Positions 1 through 8,659 of a stretch of 64,000 nucleotides of DNA are shown in pieces. The stretch's first letter is position 1. Every line of letters starts with the position of its first letter. Both the position numbers and the translations under genes were made by a program. Location: positions 608,001 to 672,000 of the forward strand of contig OZ255836.1 of the NCBI GenBank assembly GCA_965277715.1. Direction: 5' to 3'. The notes under the pieces are model-generated. The model was not told the DNA's origin. It made no database searches and saw only the letters and a list, made by a program, of their open reading frames with translations. This DNA is from Gammaproteobacteria bacterium (GTDB lineage Bacteria > Pseudomonadota > Gammaproteobacteria > JBCCGL01).

Positions 1-73
1 GTGTAGGGAATCTCAATTGCATGGGGCTTAAAGCCCCAGTGTATCGTTTTATATATTTTGGAGAGCGTATTTT

Positions 74-721
74 GTGTCTATATCCCAAGCGGTAGAACGC
101 AATCTGATAGAGGGCCGACCGGCGCTGATTGTCGTGGATATTCTGGTTTCGAGTGTTGTCGAGCAAAAAAATGAGGCGCATTCGATTCCTCATATGGCAA
201 ATTATGCAGGGCGGATGCGCAAAGCCCGGTTACTTGTCGATAAAGCGCGTGACTGCGGTATACCCGTGATTTTTATTCAGGAAGTGCACCGGCCCGATCT
301 GGTTGACTTTGGCCGTGAGCTGGATGGCAGTGAGGATATTCACTGCCTTGAAGACAATCCCGACACCGAAATAGCCAAGGAGGTGCTGGGTTTTTTGCCA
401 AATGATTATGTGATTAAAAAGCGGCGCTACTCGGCCTTTTTTGGGACTGATTTTGAAATATTGCTGCGGGGTCTGCGAGTGGACACACTGCTACTCTGTG
501 GTGGCCTGACGGATGTGTGTGTCCACTACACTTTTGTCGATGCTCATCAATCTGATTATTTCTGCCGGGTGATCGAAGACTGTGTTGCAGGGTCCAGCGA
601 TGAGGCACACGAAAGCGCTCTGCGGGCGATGCAGTACCTGCAACGGGGGGCACGCCGTTCGCTGGAGGAAGTGTTGACGGCAATGGATGGCTTTCAGGGT
701 TTACCCTCTTCGGCCACATGA
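74..721 (+). CDS. Isochorismatase-family cysteine hydrolase
   Basis: ALIVVD, IKKRRYSAFFGT and GGLTDVCV motifs (Asp-Lys-Cys triad); GTG start after GGAG. Confidence 0.9.
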   Translation: MSISQAVERNLIEGRPALIVVDILVSSVVEQKNEAHSIPHMANYAGRMRKARLLVDKARDCGIPVIFIQEVHRPDLVDFGRELDGSEDIHCLEDNPDTEIAKEVLGFLPNDYVIKKRRYSAFFGTDFEILLRGLRVDTLLLCGGLTDVCVHYTFVDAHQSDYFCRVIEDCVAGSSDEAHESALRAMQYLQRGARRSLEEVLTAMDGFQGLPSSAT

Positions 722-865
722 CAAAATGCCCTGCATTATTTTCCAGGTTTAGCCGCAGGGCTTTCTGTTTCTGCCCCTTCGCGCAGCACTGTACATTGTC
801 TGTGGATCGTATAGACTCGTCACCTAACGATAAAAGCAACCGTTTACACGGATAATAATCAGCAC

Positions 866-1648
866 GTGACTTCCCCTGAAAAAACATCGGCCCTGGTGGT
901 TGAGGATTTACATAAGCGCTTCGGCCAGGTCGATGTGCTAAAAGGCGTGAACCTCAATGCGCATGAAGGTGATGTGATTTCGATGCTCGGTGCCTCGGGT
1001 TCCGGGAAAAGTACTTTTCTGCGTTGTATTAACCTTCTTGAAACACCCAATAGTGGCCGTGTCACCGTGCAGGGTGAAACCATCCGTATGCACAAAGATA
1101 AATATGGATTACAGGTGCCTGAAGATATGGTTCAGGTTATCCGGTTGCGCGCCAAGTTGGGCATGGTCTTTCAGGGTTTTAATCTGTGGGCGCATATGAC
1201 CGTCTTGCAAAATGTTACCGAAGCGCTGTTGCACGTACTTCAATTGCCTCGTGCAGAAGCACATGAGCGGGCCGAGGCGGTGTTACATAAGGTCGGTATG
1301 TATGACCGGCGCGAATACTATCCGTCGCATATTTCCGGTGGGCAGCAGCAGAGGGCGGCCATCGCCCGGGCGTTGGCGATGCAGCCTGATGTGATGTTAT
1401 TTGATGAACCGACATCGGCCCTCGACCCCGAGTTAGTGGGTGAGGTGTTGAAAGTCATGCGCAATCTCGCTGATGAGGGCACGACGATGATTGTGGTTAC
1501 CCATGAAGTCAATTTTGCCCGTGATGTGTCGAGTAAAGTTATTTTTCTGCACGAAGGCCTGATCGAGGCAGAAGGCCCTCCGCAGCAAATGTTTGGTCAT
1601 TCGGAATCGGAGCGGTTTCGCCAGTTTCTGGCGCGAACAGCGCACTGA
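866..1648 (+). CDS. Polar amino acid ABC transporter ATP-binding protein (HisP-like)
   Basis: Walker A GASGSGKST, signature ISGGQQQR, FDEPTSALDPE. Confidence 0.95.
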   Translation: MTSPEKTSALVVEDLHKRFGQVDVLKGVNLNAHEGDVISMLGASGSGKSTFLRCINLLETPNSGRVTVQGETIRMHKDKYGLQVPEDMVQVIRLRAKLGMVFQGFNLWAHMTVLQNVTEALLHVLQLPRAEAHERAEAVLHKVGMYDRREYYPSHISGGQQQRAAIARALAMQPDVMLFDEPTSALDPELVGEVLKVMRNLADEGTTMIVVTHEVNFARDVSSKVIFLHEGLIEAEGPPQQMFGHSESERFRQFLARTAH

Positions 1649-1727
1649 TAAGCATGACTGCAAAAAAAACCGGATCGATAAGTGAGCCGGAATTGTCACA
1701 ATGAAACCTTTAGGAGGTAAATATATT

Positions 1728-2495
1728 ATGAGTATGAAAAAACTGTTGGGTCTGTTTTTTGCCATGGCTGTGGTCAGTGCTTCAGCGCAGGCAGATGCAC
1801 TGCGTGTCGGTGTCGAGGGCGCTTATCCCCCTTTTTCCTGGAAAGAGGCAGATGGCACACTGAAAGGCTTTGATATCGATATTGCTTACGAGGTCTGCAA
1901 GCGGCTCAATCGGGAGTGTGTGCTTGTCGAGCAGGAGTGGGACGGCATGATCCCGGCACTGCTGGCGAAGAAATACGACACGATCATCGCCTCGATGTCG
2001 ATCACCGAAGAACGTAAAAAGAAAGTTGATTTCACCGATAAATACTACAACACACCTCCCGCTATTGTGGCCAGATCAGACGCTGACTTTACTTCCACTA
2101 ATGCCAGTATGAAAGGTAAAAAGTTGGGCCTTCAGCGAGCTACCACTCATCAGTGCACCGCAGAAAAAATGTTCCCGGACGCAGAGCTGGTGCTGTATGC
2201 CTCTCAGGATGAAGTTTTCCAGGATTTAGCCAATGGCCGCCTCGATGCCCAGATCTCTGATTCATTACAGGCATTAGAAGGCTTCCTCAAGCAGGATATG
2301 GGTAAAGGCTTCGCTTTTCTTGGCGATATGATCGACGATGTAGAGTGCCAGGGTGTGGGTGCCGGGTTTGCCGTGCGCAAGCAGGACACCGAACTGCGTG
2401 ATGCCATGAGTACCGCGATTAAAGCCATACGTGCTGACGGTACTTACAAAACCATTAACGACAAATATTTCGAAATCGATATTTACGGCGGTTAG
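1728..2495 (+). CDS. Polar amino acid ABC transporter substrate-binding protein (HisJ/ArgT-like)
   Basis: Signal peptide, EGAYPPF, GFDIDI, WDGMIPAL, SITEER; AGGAGG at 1712-1717 favours ATG 1728. Confidence 0.93.
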   Translation: MSMKKLLGLFFAMAVVSASAQADALRVGVEGAYPPFSWKEADGTLKGFDIDIAYEVCKRLNRECVLVEQEWDGMIPALLAKKYDTIIASMSITEERKKKVDFTDKYYNTPPAIVARSDADFTSTNASMKGKKLGLQRATTHQCTAEKMFPDAELVLYASQDEVFQDLANGRLDAQISDSLQALEGFLKQDMGKGFAFLGDMIDDVECQGVGAGFAVRKQDTELRDAMSTAIKAIRADGTYKTINDKYFEIDIYGG

Positions 2496-2527
2496 TCGTT
2501 GTCTTTGCGTACTTGCTGTTTACCAGT

Positions 2528-2562
2528 AACCGACCTGATCCCCTTTGGTGATCAGGTCGGTT
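2528..2562 (+). terminator. Stem-loop after the substrate-binding gene (mRNA-stabilising hairpin or partial terminator)
   Basis: Perfect 13-bp stem AACCGACCTGATC/GATCAGGTCGGTT with 9-nt loop; no long U tract. Confidence 0.6.
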
Positions 2563-2573
2563 GACGCGTTCTT

Positions 2574-3266
2574 ATGGGTACTCTCTGGGAATACCGCAAT
2601 CTGTTGTTTGAAGGCACTGTTGTCACGGTGCAACTGGCGATTGGGTCACTGTTTTTATCAGTGTTGCTGGGTTTGATTGGGGCGCTGGCGAAGCTGTCAT
2701 CAAACCGGCTCTGGCAAAAACTGGCCGATCTTTATACAACACTGATTCGTGGCGTGCCGGATCTGGTGTTGATGATGCTGTTGTTTTACGGTGGGCAACA
2801 GGTATTGAACGATTTAGGCGAATTGACCGGGTGGTGGGACTACCTTGAGCTAAACCAGTTTACCGCCGGGGTTTTTTCAATTGGTTTTGTTTTTGGCGCC
2901 TATATGACCGAGACATTTCGCGGCGCCATCCTGGCGATTCCACGCGGGCAGATTGAGGCGGGCATCGCCTGTGGCATGACGCCGATGAAGATATTCCAAC
3001 GCATTACCTGGCCACAGATGGTGCGCTTTGCATTGCCCAGCTTTACCAATAACTGGCTGGTATTAATCAAGGCGACAGCGCTTGTGTCTGTGATCGGCCT
3101 GCACGATCTGGTCTGGAATGCATCGACTGCCGGTCGGTCAGTGCGCGAACCGTTTACCTTTATGTTTGCGGTTTTAGTTATCTACCTGATAATGACGGCG
3201 GTTTCCGATGTGGGTTTGCGTTGGCTTGACCGGCGGTATTCAGCCGGTGTGAGAAAGGTCAGCTGA
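2574..3266 (+). CDS. Amino acid ABC transporter permease (HisQ-like)
   Basis: YTTLIRGVPDLV, AYMTETFRGA, GQIEAG. Confidence 0.93.
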   Translation: MGTLWEYRNLLFEGTVVTVQLAIGSLFLSVLLGLIGALAKLSSNRLWQKLADLYTTLIRGVPDLVLMMLLFYGGQQVLNDLGELTGWWDYLELNQFTAGVFSIGFVFGAYMTETFRGAILAIPRGQIEAGIACGMTPMKIFQRITWPQMVRFALPSFTNNWLVLIKATALVSVIGLHDLVWNASTAGRSVREPFTFMFAVLVIYLIMTAVSDVGLRWLDRRYSAGVRKVS

Positions 3267-4033
3267 TGGAAACAGAAGAAGACCGCACGTTCTGGGAATA
3301 TCTGGCGTATATCAGTGAACACCATTCACCGCTCGATTTTGTTCTGGTCTGGGATCATATCGATCGGTTTTTGTGGGGCGCATTACTCACCCTCGAAATT
3401 ACTGTCCTGGCGTTGTTTCTCGGTGGCATATTGGCCGTGCCAATGGCGATTGCACGCGCTTACAAACACCGCTGGCTGAATGGGCCTATCTGGTGCTTTA
3501 CCTATGTTTTCCGGGGGTCACCCCTGCTGGTGCAAACCTACCTGATTTACTATGGGCTCGCGCAGTTTGTCTGGATACGTGAGAGCTTTTTATGGGACCC
3601 GGTTTTGTCCAGTGCCTGGTGGTGCGCGATGATTGCATTTACGCTAAATACGGCGGGGTATACCACTGAATTTCTACGCGGATCGATTGAAAACACGCCC
3701 AGTGGTGAAATTGAAGCGGCGCGTGCCTGTGGCATGTCACCGTTTGTGATGGTGCGCCGGATTGTATTGCCCAGCGCGTTTCGGCGCGCACTGCCCGCCT
3801 ATTCCAATGAAGTTATTTTTATGTTGCACGGCTCGGTGGTATTAAGCACGATAACATTACAGGATTTATTGGGTGCCGGGCGCTGGCTGAATGGGCGTTA
3901 CTACCTCGCTTACGAGGGGTTTATTACCGCCATGTTGTTTTATATGGTGCTGGTTTTTATTATCAGCCGTGGGTTTCGTTGGTGGGAAAAGCGCTGGTTG
4001 GCACACCTTCGGCCTGTAGATGACTCGGCTTGA
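3266..4033 (+). CDS. Amino acid ABC transporter permease (HisM-like)
   Basis: FRGSPLLVQ, GEIEAARACGMS, RRALPAYSNE; start overlaps upstream stop. Confidence 0.93.
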   Translation: METEEDRTFWEYLAYISEHHSPLDFVLVWDHIDRFLWGALLTLEITVLALFLGGILAVPMAIARAYKHRWLNGPIWCFTYVFRGSPLLVQTYLIYYGLAQFVWIRESFLWDPVLSSAWWCAMIAFTLNTAGYTTEFLRGSIENTPSGEIEAARACGMSPFVMVRRIVLPSAFRRALPAYSNEVIFMLHGSVVLSTITLQDLLGAGRWLNGRYYLAYEGFITAMLFYMVLVFIISRGFRWWEKRWLAHLRPVDDSA

Positions 4034-4069
4034 GCTACGGTGGTTAAACCGAAAAGGGTAGAGTTAACG

Positions 4070-4450
4070 ATGAAAAGTACACTGAAATATTTGATCTTGG
4101 CGGGATTTGTTTTAGCTGCACCCACTGCGCTCGCCGATGAAGAGGATAAGTCGTGGTGGCAACTGACCAAGGATTATGTCAGCAAGACACTCGATATTGC
4201 CAGTGATGAGTCCAAAGGGGTTGGCAATGATGTGGCCGATGGCTCCAAAGAACTGCTGGACGAGGCACAAGAAAGCAGCGGAAAACTTTGGGAAAAGAGT
4301 AAAGAAGTATCTAGCGATGCCTGGCAGGATATAAAAAAAGGTTCTAAATCAGCTGTGGATAGTGCCAGGGAGGCGGGCAGTGATCTTCTGGATAAAACCA
4401 CTGAGATATTGCAATCAGATGAAAAAACGGCAAAACAACCTTCTATTTGA
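4070..4450 (+). CDS. Hypothetical secreted, charged helical protein
   Basis: Signal peptide MKSTLKYLILAGFVLAAPTALA followed by K/E/S/D-rich helical sequence. Confidence 0.7.
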   Translation: MKSTLKYLILAGFVLAAPTALADEEDKSWWQLTKDYVSKTLDIASDESKGVGNDVADGSKELLDEAQESSGKLWEKSKEVSSDAWQDIKKGSKSAVDSAREAGSDLLDKTTEILQSDEKTAKQPSI

Positions 4451-4452
4451 TT

Positions 4453-4681
4453 TTAAGCCAAAAAGTGTAGTGCTTTAGGGCACCTTTTCATGCCTTGGTA
4501 ATTTTCATCGGTAAAGGCAATTGGGTGGCCGGTCTCCCAGTCAAAAATCGACCTATCGGTTTTCGACAACGGGCCAGTATAGACGTGCGATGTCGAATAA
4601 CCGGCGAATTGATTGGCTGGGTGTGCATGATCGTGCTGCAGTACTTGCATCCGTTACAAATTGATCGAAGGAAAACGTCAT
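4453..4681 (-). pseudogene. Internally deleted, frameshifted remnant of a cupin / cysteine-dioxygenase-like metal-dependent protein
   Basis: ATG at 4681 reads MTFSFDQFVTDASTAARSCTPSQSIRRL; another frame reads HVYTGPLSKTDRSIFDWETG; these resemble the N- and C-termini of that family as recalled, with the core missing. Confidence 0.5.
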
Positions 4682-4699
4682 TTTCTTGGTTTCACGTTG

Positions 4700-6262
4700 C
4701 TATGGTAAGGGGAAAACCACCCGAAACCCCAGGTCTTCACTGGTGTAATTCGGTGGGGCTTCACCAGATTGGTTGATCTGTCCCCCTTCTTCTGGCATAA
4801 AAAAACTCCCGCCCTTTATCACTAACGTAAACGCGCTGCCGTGTAAAACGGTGGTGTTGGTCCATTCAGCCACATTGCCGGCAAACCCTAAAATACTGTC
4901 TTTACTCGGATCATTAGAGGCATCGACGGCCAGTGCTTGCCAATGTGCTTGAGGCGTGTTGCGGTCAATCGCACGCTGTGGTTGGTATGTGTTGCCATAG
5001 GGGAAACGGGTGAGTGCTGCGCCCGCCAGTGCCTGCCATTCATTAGCTGAGGGTAAGCGCCCGCCTGCCCACTTGGCAAATGCCCAGGCGCTCCACCAGC
5101 TTATCCGGGTGACCGGGTGGTGTGGCTGATCGATGATGGTGGGCCAGTTTTCAGGCCTATGCCCGATGGTGTGCGGTTGTCTGGCGTGGTTGTAGAACCC
5201 CAGTTTTACCAAAGGGTCGCGTAGAAACTGTGCGTACAGGGCGCGGGTGACTTCGTGGCGCATAACGTGCAAGTTTAACGCTATCGGCTCGATGGCAAAG
5301 TGTTCGATAACGCGCAGTTGTTGATCGTCCAGGTGGCGCAACAGTGCGGGAATTTTCGCCTCGGCGGGCGCGCCTATTTTGAGGGCTTGCCTGTCAATGC
5401 TGACTACCTGTGCAGCGTCACCCCAGGGAATGTGAGGTATATGCATATATGCCTCCGGGCCACGGTCGTAAACACAGCGAAAGCCGGTGTAGTGCGAGCG
5501 GTAATCGGCGGGGGCAGGGCGGCGGATGCTGTTGAGCGCGTGCAGTGCCACCGGGCGGTTGTAGGCATTGCCGCCCATCAGTACAGGTTCATTTTGCAGG
5601 GTCGTCCATTCGAGCAGGCTGCTGCCCATATCGTGAATACCCTCGGGGGTATCGGTATCGGGAGAGGCGGCACAGTGTTTGGGGATATTCAGCGATGGGT
5701 CTCTGTGTTGCCAGGGGCTGTCGATAAACACATTACCCCAGGGGTAGAGCCGTTGTTGTGCACCGCTGGCGATGGCTTCAAATTCCTGACTGGTGGGCAG
5801 CCGACCACCGGCAGCGTGGCAATAGGCCCAGGCGTCGTAAAAACTCAACCCGCCCGCCGGTACGGTTAATTGCCCCAGCAGTGTGTGATCTTGGCTTTGG
5901 CTTTTGTACATCCACCCTTCAGGTTGTTTGGGGTGGGGCAGTGGGGGATTAACCTGTACGGCGTACCAGTGGCTGAAGCGGCGAAAATCCCCCTGGCTGA
6001 CCTCACAACGATCGACCCATAACTCGCCCAGCGAGAAGTTTTCTGGTTCGCGCCTGAATTGGGTCAGTAGTGCGGTGTTTGAAGTTAAGGCAGACAGGTT
6101 GTTTTGCAGTACGCTATCCAGCGGGTGTGCGGCAACCGTGTGTTGATAGTGTACCGTGACGGTATCCAAATCGCTGGGTGGCAGGTATATCCAGCGCCAC
6201 CAGAGCGCAGCCAACAGGCCGATGATGGCCGTTATCAGTGTAATAGATAACGTGCGTTTCAT
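4700..6262 (-). CDS. Membrane-anchored protein with two tandem FGE-sulfatase (SUMF1/EgtB/PvdO-like) domains
   Basis: N-terminal TM; GGRLPTSQEFE..YPWG..LLEW..TGFRCV and GGRLPSANEWQ..FPYG..GNVAEW..KGGSF..LGFRVV. Confidence 0.85.
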   Translation of the reverse strand: MKRTLSITLITAIIGLLAALWWRWIYLPPSDLDTVTVHYQHTVAAHPLDSVLQNNLSALTSNTALLTQFRREPENFSLGELWVDRCEVSQGDFRRFSHWYAVQVNPPLPHPKQPEGWMYKSQSQDHTLLGQLTVPAGGLSFYDAWAYCHAAGGRLPTSQEFEAIASGAQQRLYPWGNVFIDSPWQHRDPSLNIPKHCAASPDTDTPEGIHDMGSSLLEWTTLQNEPVLMGGNAYNRPVALHALNSIRRPAPADYRSHYTGFRCVYDRGPEAYMHIPHIPWGDAAQVVSIDRQALKIGAPAEAKIPALLRHLDDQQLRVIEHFAIEPIALNLHVMRHEVTRALYAQFLRDPLVKLGFYNHARQPHTIGHRPENWPTIIDQPHHPVTRISWWSAWAFAKWAGGRLPSANEWQALAGAALTRFPYGNTYQPQRAIDRNTPQAHWQALAVDASNDPSKDSILGFAGNVAEWTNTTVLHGSAFTLVIKGGSFFMPEEGGQINQSGEAPPNYTSEDLGFRVVFPLP

Positions 6263-8079
6263 TGGCGTTGCCGCCTAACGCGTAAGCGGTAACGAAATAG
6301 CAGTAACACAATGCCCACAAATGCCAATAACCATACCCAGGCCAACAGGCGGTGACCGTGGTCGCGTTCGCTGAGTAAGGGATTTGCCACAGGCAGTTTG
6401 TTGAGGCGCAGTTGGTTGACACCGGCGCTCAATAGTAATTGCTGACCTTCCAGGCCCGCGTGCACAAATCCCAGGCTGATGTCGTTTAGTTGTGCATCGA
6501 ATACGGCGATTGGGCGCCACTGGGTGTGGGGGTGGGTAAATTCATCCGGGTGTATCAGTAGCGTATAGCCTTTGGGTACTTCCAGTCGTTCGCCTTTGAA
6601 CAGGCTGGGGTAGAGCCGCAGCAGAAACCCCGGCTGCACTTGTTCTGCCTGGCTGAGTGGTTGTAGCCAGGGGGTGGGTTGATGCAGTTCAAGCGTTGCC
6701 GATGGCAATACTGTGTTGGTATCCAGCCGCAATTGGTTCTGGCTGGCGGTGGTTGTCAGTAAGGTGTCTTTTAGAGGGGGGTGTCTGTGCGCAATCTGTG
6801 CGCTAATTTGCTGGGCGAGCCGGTCAACCAGATTGCGGTGCGGGAAGTTTGTGACGTTATCGGTATCGAGTGCGTAGAAAGCGAGCCACTCTGGGGCGCT
6901 GGGTAGTTGCAGGGTTTTTTCAGTGCGTGCTACCTCCAGCAGTTTTAGCAGGTAGGTGATGATGGTTTGTCTGTACTGCAATGGCGTCAGTTCAATACGC
7001 TGGCTGTTTTGATCGGCAGAATTGGTTTCGAGTAATTCGGCATTGGGAACATTCAGGCGCAGGGTGCCCTGGACGTTTTCGGTACGGCGGTCGCCGCCTT
7101 TTTGCCCATTGCCACCAGACCAGGGGCCGCCAGACCTGGGGCCGCCCGACCCCGCCACCATGCCGATAAGTGCTTCAAACAAGGTGCCGGGTTTTTGCTG
7201 TCCGTTATTGGGGGCTTGTGGCTCACCGCTATTGAAAAAAGGGCTGGATGGCCTTTTGCCAAATGCTGATTGGGCCGCCTCAAAGCGGGGGGGAAGCAAT
7301 GTATCGTATTGCAGGGTGTCGAGTGTTTGTGCATCGGCCTGTTGTGTCGATGCCAGAAATTGTGCGGTAGCTGAGCTCTTGCTATCGCCTGGTGGATTGT
7401 CGTTCGTCTGTTCTGCCCCGGTCTGCCCCGATCCGGGTTGTCCTGCCTGTTGGTCGGCTGTGTCATTGTCGGTGTCAGTCGGTTGCTCCGGTGGTTGGTC
7501 ATCGTGTTGTTCGAAAGCATTATTTTTAAGCGGGGGAACACTTTCCCCCAGATAGTGCCAGTGGTGAACGTTTACATTGTTTTCCTGGAGAATGGCCATC
7601 GTTAGGTAGTACTCGCTGACGGCGTGTACATCCAGGCGGATATGGTTGCGTTGATCGGTGTCGAGTGAACGCAGGTAGGTGTCCAGGGCATTATCCTGGC
7701 GCAGTAGCGCACGGCGGTATATGCGTGTGTTGGTATTGAAAATACGGATATGGCCGTTGAGCATTTCAATGACCGGGTAGCGCATCGGGTTGCAGTCGTG
7801 CTCGATGGTGCAGGCGTGGTAGTCGTGCAATTGCGCAGGCGGGCTTGAGGGCAGGTCGTTGTAGACCAGTGTGGTCGATAACTGCCGTGAGAGCAGGGTG
7901 GTGATATTGGTGCTCTTTTCAAGCTCTTCCTGGGCGTGCTGTTCCTGTACGCTCAGGGTGACGGCGATCAGGATTAAAATAACAGCGACACTGTTGGCGA
8001 GAATATCGGCGAGTGCCACGCCACCCAATCCGAGCAGGGAGGTGGAACGCTTTCTGCGGTGTGTGGGTGACGATGCCAT
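6259..8079 (-). CDS. Hypothetical membrane protein: ExbD/TolR-like N-terminal helix and domain, long low-complexity linker, C-terminal TM
   Basis: Start re-called at ATG 8079 (TAATG overlap with upstream stop); TM GGVALADILANSVAVILILIAVTL; D/Q/P/G-rich linker; C-terminal LLAWVWLLAFVGIVLLLFRYRLRVRRQRQ. Confidence 0.75.
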   Translation of the reverse strand: MASSPTHRRKRSTSLLGLGGVALADILANSVAVILILIAVTLSVQEQHAQEELEKSTNITTLLSRQLSTTLVYNDLPSSPPAQLHDYHACTIEHDCNPMRYPVIEMLNGHIRIFNTNTRIYRRALLRQDNALDTYLRSLDTDQRNHIRLDVHAVSEYYLTMAILQENNVNVHHWHYLGESVPPLKNNAFEQHDDQPPEQPTDTDNDTADQQAGQPGSGQTGAEQTNDNPPGDSKSSATAQFLASTQQADAQTLDTLQYDTLLPPRFEAAQSAFGKRPSSPFFNSGEPQAPNNGQQKPGTLFEALIGMVAGSGGPRSGGPWSGGNGQKGGDRRTENVQGTLRLNVPNAELLETNSADQNSQRIELTPLQYRQTIITYLLKLLEVARTEKTLQLPSAPEWLAFYALDTDNVTNFPHRNLVDRLAQQISAQIAHRHPPLKDTLLTTTASQNQLRLDTNTVLPSATLELHQPTPWLQPLSQAEQVQPGFLLRLYPSLFKGERLEVPKGYTLLIHPDEFTHPHTQWRPIAVFDAQLNDISLGFVHAGLEGQQLLLSAGVNQLRLNKLPVANPLLSERDHGHRLLAWVWLLAFVGIVLLLFRYRLRVRRQRQ

Positions 8080-8606
8080 TAAGGGGGATCGATTGTGCGT
8101 TTGATACGGGCGGGCAGGGATTGCAGGTGCACTGTGGAGAGCAGGTCGCGATTGGCGATAATCCAGCCGATGCTGATGGCGTGTTGTGGCCAGCGCTGTA
8201 GCAGGCAATTGCGCGAGAGGGCCATAGTGCCAACCCCGCCTTCGGTAATTGCGAAGATCAGTTGTTGTTTTTCCGTCGTGTAAATTTTTTCGACGTAACG
8301 CATAAAGGCGCTGCCAGCCTGGCATATTTCGGCGCGGGGTATTTGCTCGTTGGTTTCGATAATGCGCAGTTTGTCGGGGAAACTGATAACCACCAGGCCC
8401 TCGCTGCCATCCTGCCAGGACACCTGGTATTTTGCGCCCTCGGTGGAGCGTTCCAGCATGGCGCGTATATCGCTGGAAACGATAAGATTAATCAGGATGA
8501 AAATAATAATCAGCAACGCCAGCGTACTGCCAAATACCTCCACCATGGGGGCGTCCAGTTCGTTGTCTGCGCGCTGCGGGCGCGAGTGTCTGAGTCGCTT
8601 TGGCAT
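8079..8606 (-). CDS. ExbD/TolR-like single-pass membrane protein
   Basis: Basic N-terminus, ELDAPMVEVFGSTLALLIIIFILINL helix, small periplasmic domain; directly downstream of the MotA/TolQ/ExbB-family gene. Confidence 0.7.
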   Translation of the reverse strand: MPKRLRHSRPQRADNELDAPMVEVFGSTLALLIIIFILINLIVSSDIRAMLERSTEGAKYQVSWQDGSEGLVVISFPDKLRIIETNEQIPRAEICQAGSAFMRYVEKIYTTEKQQLIFAITEGGVGTMALSRNCLLQRWPQHAISIGWIIANRDLLSTVHLQSLPARIKRTIDPP

Positions 8607-8631
8607 AGTCAATCGGCTGGGTACTTAATGT

Positions 8632-8659
8632 GTGTCGGTAAAGCCGTGTCGGTAAAGCC
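8632..8659. repeat. 14-bp tandem duplication GTGTCGGTAAAGCC x2
   Basis: Exact direct repeat in the spacer between the ExbB-like and ExbD-like genes. Confidence 0.85.

Noticed and set aside
4700-6262. FGE-fold gene as a diversity-generating retroelement target
   Set aside because: No reverse transcriptase and no template repeat of its 3' end seen in the window
8080-8325. N-terminal extension of the 688-aa ORF
   Set aside because: Overlaps the upstream gene; TAATG coupling supports a start at 8079
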